A DNA stretch of 62,850 nt, filler included, from Nitrospinae bacterium RIFCSPLOWO2_12_FULL_45_22 (lineage in GTDB: Bacteria; 2-12-FULL-45-22): the NCBI GenBank assembly GCA_001803565.1. It is 7 parts of 7 records of this genome, joined end to end, with 100 filler letters (N's around TTAATTAATTAA, not from the genome) between each part and the next. Parts side by side here need not be neighbours in the genome. Positions count along the whole stretch, not along the records: positions 55,903 to 62,850 come from MHDQ01000183.1; 6 more parts are not named here. One strand, 5' to 3'. Under the pieces are notes generated by a model. That model did not search any database. It worked only from the letters and a program-made list of their open reading frames with translations, and was not told the origin of the DNA. Each line of letters starts with the position of its first letter. Within the stretch, counting starts at the first letter, position 1. A program made the translations under genes and the position numbers. Below are positions 58,901-62,850 of this stretch, piece after piece.

Positions 58901-58919
58901 CTGGATAGTGATAAGATGA
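55905..58919 (+). CDS. PLD-like nuclease domain + SNF2-family helicase, 5'-truncated
   Basis: LHGKMY...IGSSNFT (PLD-like); ILADSVGLGKT, VVIDESHNFRN, LLSATP, SEGQNLQ and IQRFGRIDRIG. Confidence 0.9.
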   Translation, partial: AKRLKQKQVAKECADWVLSKVDIRSVKQSNLLHGKMYHINLGGINDAIIGSSNFTVKGLGLGEANNIELNLEVNDKRDREDLKNWFEELWNDSELVEDVKDEVLRYLEQLYQNNPPEFIYYKTLFHIFERFLTEQDKEGWLEEKSQIVDTVVWNMLYEFQKDGVKGAINKILTHGGCILADSVGLGKTFEALAVIKYFELRNHRVLILCPKKLRENWTVYQAQNVSDLNPLLNDRFSYTVLSHTDLSRDQGKSGDINLATINWGNFDLVVIDESHNFRNNTPGKKDEEGTLVRKSRYQRLMEDIIQKGVKTKVLLLSATPVNNTLQDLRNQIYFITENEDDAFAASLGIASLKDTLAAAQRVFTRWADNREKRHTRDLLDRLSAAFFKLLDELTIARSRKHLQRYYQKSIHELGQFPKRLKPISLSPNIDTEGKFPSYDELNDEISNYQLSLFNPFKYVLPKHKDIYEDRSIPHFSQQDRENYLIAMMRVNFLKRLESSVYSFTLTMKRTIDKIEDLEDRIGRFQKLKEERPDFTVDDFSDIDPEDEDLQAAFVGKKLKFSLEHIDIDRWKRDLKQDKEQLQILYLVAKDITKVRDAKLMELKDLIAHKVRHPTRTKDGKENRKVLIFTAFADTAEYLFDALREWITTDLGLHVAMVSGGAKENQTTFGRKDFIHILTHFSPVSKSRAKISSLPQDREIEILIATDCISEGQNLQDCDYLINYDIHWNPVRIIQRFGRIDRIGSINDEIQMVNFWPTDNLDNYIRLKTRVEARMALVDITATGEDNLLDRVKDLVEDELTYRDKQLLRLREEVLDLEDFNENVSLNEFTLDDFRIDLMRYIENNRKRLEEAPLGLYAVVPAHPDYPVIRPGVIFCLQQKGDSSGNEKVNPLQPYFLVYLYDNDRVIRYNFAQPKQILEILRMLCAEKTTPYEKLCNLFDQHTKNGEDMSQYDGLLNAAVKAIAGSFKKRTLGNLLSGRDGVLAEREKQVTSSDDFELVTWIVIR

Positions 58920-61900
58920 GAACGGCAACACAAGATATCAAATCAGCCATTGCCGAATCCTTAAAGGCATTCGGCAATGGCTCTTTGCGTACCAATGCCA
59001 TACAATTGTTTAACACACTTGGCTACACAAGCGAAAAGACCATCGAACTATCTCCTAACACGCCCGAAAATTTCCTCCATGAAATTGACCAGCATAACCG
59101 ATTACGCAAGGACAAGGCCCTTTTCTCAAGATGGGAAAGCCTGGATATTATCTTCCAGATCACCGGAGAAGAGATTAAGGCCGCTGGAAGCCGACAGATC
59201 TCCCTTCAATTTGATTCTCGCCAAAAGATAGACAACAGAATCATTGAGTCCTATCTGTTACTTGCCATCAAATTGAGAAAGGGGCATTACACCCGAACAG
59301 ACCTTTCTACTATTACCCGTGAAATAAATAGGCTCTTCCCCATGCCGGCCCTGATACTTTTCCAGCAGGGCGACACCCTAACGCTCTCTGTTATCAACCG
59401 CCGGTTGCACAAACGCGATCAGTCTAAAGATGTACTGGAAAAAGTAACACTTATCAAAGACATCCGCTTTGCCGATCCCCACCGCGCCCATATTGAGATT
59501 CTCTTCGATCTGTCATTTAGAAATCTTTATGACCGTTATCGGTTCTCGAACTTCGTGGCGCTGCATGATGCCTGGCAAAAAACTTTAGACATCAACGAAC
59601 TCAATAAGCGTTTCTATAAAGAAATGGCGAACTGGTATTTTTGGGCCATCCAGAATGTCACCTTTCCCAAAGACGCTGGAGAAGATGAGGAAGTTCGCAA
59701 TGCCACGAGTGTTATTCGACTGATTACCCGGCTGATTTTCGTCTGGTTTATCAAGGAAAAGGGTCTGGTGCCGGATGATCTTTTCAACAGGGACAAATTG
59801 GATGCGCTTCTCAAATTTGACGATCCTAATCAGTCCACTTACTATAAGGCGCTCCTGCAAAACCTGTTCTTTGCCACCCTAAACCAGGAAATGAACACTC
59901 CTGAGCAGCCTGATAACCGCAAATTCAGGAGTAAGGCCAAAAAAGCCGGAGGGCGAGACCAACATTACATGATTCACAATGTGTATCGCTGTGAGAATTA
60001 TTTCAAAGACCCGGATAAAGCGTTAAGGCTTTTTTCGAGCATCCCGTTTCTGAACGGCGGCCTTTTCGAGTGCCTGGATAAGCCTGATAAAGAGGAACCC
60101 CAAAAAACCCTCCGTATCGATGGTTTTTCCGACCACAAAGACAATGAAGTCGTTGTGCCGGATTTCCTGTTCTTTTCCCAAGAACAGGAAGTTGATCTCA
60201 ACGAGAGTTATGGCACCAAGAACAAGCAGTACAAGGTAAGGGGACTTATTAATATCTTTGATAGTTACAAGTTCACCATAAATGAAAATACTCCCATTGA
60301 GGAAGAGGTCGCCCTTGATCCTGAGCTGTTAGGCAAGGTCTTTGAAAACCTCTTGGCGGCCTATAATCCTGAGACCGGGGCAACCGCCCGCAAACAAACC
60401 GGCTCCTTTTATACACCAAGAGAAATAGTGGATTATATGGTGGATGAAAGTCTGAAAGCATCTCTATCCAATCTGGTTGCTGAAAAACTAACTGACTGCT
60501 CGAAAGAAGATATTAGAACAGGCTTAGATATTCTCTTTGCCTATACAGAGAAAGAGCATGCCTTTAACGATAAAGAAGTTTCAAAAATAGTCGAAGCTGT
60601 TTCGCAAATTAAAATCCTTGATCCTGCATGCGGCTCCGGGGCTTTTCCTATGGGGGTGCTGCACAAACTGGTCTATATCTTGGGCAAGCTTGATCTGGAT
60701 AATGCTCAGTGGAGAGAGTTGCAAAAACAGAGAGCAATGAAAGAGACAGAAGAGGCCTATAATATGGGCAATAAAGAGGACCGTCGCCAAAGGCTTAGTG
60801 AGATTGAAGAAGCATTTGACTTTAACACCTCTGATTACGGCAGGAAGCTATATCTGATTGAAAATTGTATCTATGGCGTGGATATCCAACCCATTGCCGT
60901 TCAGATCGCCAAGCTGCGCTTTTTTATCTCACTCGTGGTTGACCAGGAGATTGACGATACCCAGGAGAACCGCGGCATTCTTCCCTTGCCTAACCTGGAG
61001 ACGAAATTTGTGGCCGCTAACACATTGCTTAATGTTGAAAAACCGCAGCAACCCAATCTGGCGAATCTGAAGGTCCGGGCAGAAATTGACCGGAAGGAAA
61101 GAGAACTGGCCGATGTCCGCCGAAACCACTTCATTGCGCGTACCCTGAAGACAAAAAGGAAATGGCGTGAACGTGACGCCCAACTCCGTGCCGAAATCAG
61201 TGATCTGCTCAAAAAAGAGGACTTTCCTCCCGAAACTACCCAGAAGTTGGCCTACTGGGACCCTTACGACCAGAATGCCTCTGCCGATTTTTTTGACCCG
61301 GAGTGGATGTTCAACCTTTCCGATGGCTTTGATGTGGTGATCGGCAACCCGCCTTATGTACGCGCCGATTCAGGTGAACAACATTTAGCGCTGCGTAAGA
61401 CTATTGAAGATAATAAACTCTATGAGACACTCTGGGAAAAATGGGATCTGTATATCCCTTTCATTGAGCGCGGCTACAAATTGCTCAAGCCAGGTGGCTT
61501 CACTACGATGATTGTCTCTGATGCCTTTTGTCATTCAAAATATGCGCAGAAATCGCAAAACTGGTTTCTGGAACACAGCCGGATCTTGCGCCTTGATTTT
61601 TTCAGCAAGATCAAGATTTTTGATGCTGCCGTACATAATATTACCTATCTATTCCAAAAAGCTGACGGTAGACATCATCGACCGGAACGTAGGGTTCATG
61701 ATCCGGAATTCGGGGCCGTAAAGATTCTGCCGACCGCCGAGCAGAGGAAGCTTAACTACCGTGCCTTTTTTCCGGAGGATACTGTACCACAGCAGCTTCA
61801 TAACTCGACTATTGTACTCTCTAGTATTTGCTACATTAGCTATGGGCTTAGACCGAGTAGCGATGAACACGAGGCAAAAGGTGCATTTACTACCTCCGAT

Positions 61901-62647
61901 CTTGTATCTGAAACAAGGGATCAACTCCATTGCAAGGCGTTTGTGGAGGGCAAGCATCTGGACTGCTGGATTCCGTTGACAAACCTTTGGATAGAATGGG
62001 GTTCTGACCGTGCTCCTTCAAAGTTCTGCAGACCGACCTTTCCAGAAATGTATGCTGTAGCTGAGAAGGTGCTTGCCCAACGTAGTCCCGGCCCTGATCC
62101 TAAGGCATGTTATGATAATAAGCGCTTGATTTTTACTCCTAGCAGCGTAGGCTTCATTCCCTGGCACAGTCTCTCCGGTGTTCGCAACAGATCCCTCAAA
62201 AAATCTGCCCGATACCGTAATGAAAAGCCTCCTCGCCCTGATTTGCCGAAGCGTGAAGAACTTGAAAAAACAAGCCGCCGTTTTGCTGTGAAATTTTTGC
62301 TTGCCGTGATGAATTCCACTGCCGCCCATAATTTCCTGCGGGCCAATCGACGGAGCAATATTCATCTCTATCCTGACGACTGGAAACATCTCCCCATCCC
62401 TGATGCATCATCCAAGCAGCAAACACCGATTGTCAAACTTGTGGATAAAATCCTCACGGCCATGCGTGCAGATCCCGCGGCCCACATTACTTCGCTGGAA
62501 GCAGAAATAGACGCCCGTGTGGCACATCTTTATGAGTTAACCGAGGAAGAATATTCCTTGATTCTCAACGAAACAAAACCGCCAGATCCCTTCCGCATTG
62601 CCGCGCTCAATTTCTATAGGGATATAGCAAGAGGAATTCTCAAATGA
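58916..62647 (+). CDS. Large N6-adenine DNA methyltransferase with TRD (Eco57I/type IIG-like)
   Basis: PFLNGGLF, LGKVFE, GSFYTP, ILDPACGSGAF (motif I), GVDIQ and VIGNPPY (motif IV); ATGA overlap with the helicase. Confidence 0.92.
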   Translation: MRTATQDIKSAIAESLKAFGNGSLRTNAIQLFNTLGYTSEKTIELSPNTPENFLHEIDQHNRLRKDKALFSRWESLDIIFQITGEEIKAAGSRQISLQFDSRQKIDNRIIESYLLLAIKLRKGHYTRTDLSTITREINRLFPMPALILFQQGDTLTLSVINRRLHKRDQSKDVLEKVTLIKDIRFADPHRAHIEILFDLSFRNLYDRYRFSNFVALHDAWQKTLDINELNKRFYKEMANWYFWAIQNVTFPKDAGEDEEVRNATSVIRLITRLIFVWFIKEKGLVPDDLFNRDKLDALLKFDDPNQSTYYKALLQNLFFATLNQEMNTPEQPDNRKFRSKAKKAGGRDQHYMIHNVYRCENYFKDPDKALRLFSSIPFLNGGLFECLDKPDKEEPQKTLRIDGFSDHKDNEVVVPDFLFFSQEQEVDLNESYGTKNKQYKVRGLINIFDSYKFTINENTPIEEEVALDPELLGKVFENLLAAYNPETGATARKQTGSFYTPREIVDYMVDESLKASLSNLVAEKLTDCSKEDIRTGLDILFAYTEKEHAFNDKEVSKIVEAVSQIKILDPACGSGAFPMGVLHKLVYILGKLDLDNAQWRELQKQRAMKETEEAYNMGNKEDRRQRLSEIEEAFDFNTSDYGRKLYLIENCIYGVDIQPIAVQIAKLRFFISLVVDQEIDDTQENRGILPLPNLETKFVAANTLLNVEKPQQPNLANLKVRAEIDRKERELADVRRNHFIARTLKTKRKWRERDAQLRAEISDLLKKEDFPPETTQKLAYWDPYDQNASADFFDPEWMFNLSDGFDVVIGNPPYVRADSGEQHLALRKTIEDNKLYETLWEKWDLYIPFIERGYKLLKPGGFTTMIVSDAFCHSKYAQKSQNWFLEHSRILRLDFFSKIKIFDAAVHNITYLFQKADGRHHRPERRVHDPEFGAVKILPTAEQRKLNYRAFFPEDTVPQQLHNSTIVLSSICYISYGLRPSSDEHEAKGAFTTSDLVSETRDQLHCKAFVEGKHLDCWIPLTNLWIEWGSDRAPSKFCRPTFPEMYAVAEKVLAQRSPGPDPKACYDNKRLIFTPSSVGFIPWHSLSGVRNRSLKKSARYRNEKPPRPDLPKREELEKTSRRFAVKFLLAVMNSTAAHNFLRANRRSNIHLYPDDWKHLPIPDASSKQQTPIVKLVDKILTAMRADPAAHITSLEAEIDARVAHLYELTEEEYSLILNETKPPDPFRIAALNFYRDIARGILK

Positions 62648-62850
62648 AAAGCAAACTTCCTTTAATTACTTTCCGTGTGCAAAACTTCAAAGCCGTTCAG
62701 GACAGCAAAACAATAAAGTTTACGCCTCTAACCGCTTTTATCGGAAATAACGGATCAGGCAAAAGCAGCATTATCGAAGCCCTGGAAACATTGCAGATAC
62801 TGGCGCTTCACGGCATTGATGCCGCCATGCAACCCTGGCATGGCTTTGAG
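62644..62850 (+). CDS. AAA/ABC-type ATPase (AAA_15/AAA_21-like), runs off the window
   Basis: MKSKLPLITFRVQNFKAV...LTAFIGNNGSGKSSIIEAL; ATGA overlap with the MTase stop; absent from the ORF track. Confidence 0.8.
   Translation, partial: MKSKLPLITFRVQNFKAVQDSKTIKFTPLTAFIGNNGSGKSSIIEALETLQILALHGIDAAMQPWHGFE

Overview
This is not one continuous locus. It is seven contigs of a Gram-negative, probably anaerobic bacterium, joined by artificial 100-nt spacers (N-run + TTAATTAATTAA + N-run at 5241, 14473, 32004, 37284, 50519 and 55803), so genes on different contigs cannot be assumed to be neighbours. Contig 1: a MazF/PemK toxin-antitoxin pair between two diverged copies of a DNA-methyltransferase 3' end, then a ribose-type ABC transporter. 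Contig 2: benzoyl-CoA reductase/2-hydroxyacyl-CoA dehydratase-family genes, mazG, cinA, an O-methyltransferase and a PHP protein. Contig 3: a surface-glycan cluster interrupted by a sigma54-driven orphan operon with an NHL-repeat protein. Contig 4: a multiheme cytochrome, an MBL hydrolase and a complete IS110/IS1111-type element. Contig 5: a tandem-duplicated outer-membrane barrel + DUF1329-like pair, cupredoxin-like, FGE-domain and MFS/spermidine-synthase genes. Contig 6: an alternative complex III-like operon. Contig 7: a PLD-SNF2 helicase, an N6-adenine methyltransferase and an ATPase, probably a defence locus. The best-supported highlight is the IS110 element: its ends, AG core, circle-junction promoter and a two-loop downstream RNA with guide-like matches to both its donor junction and a host repeat can all be read from the sequence. 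Intergenic DNA is densely packed with MITE/REP-like elements, some inserted in frame in genes. All product calls come from motif recognition by eye; no database searches were run.
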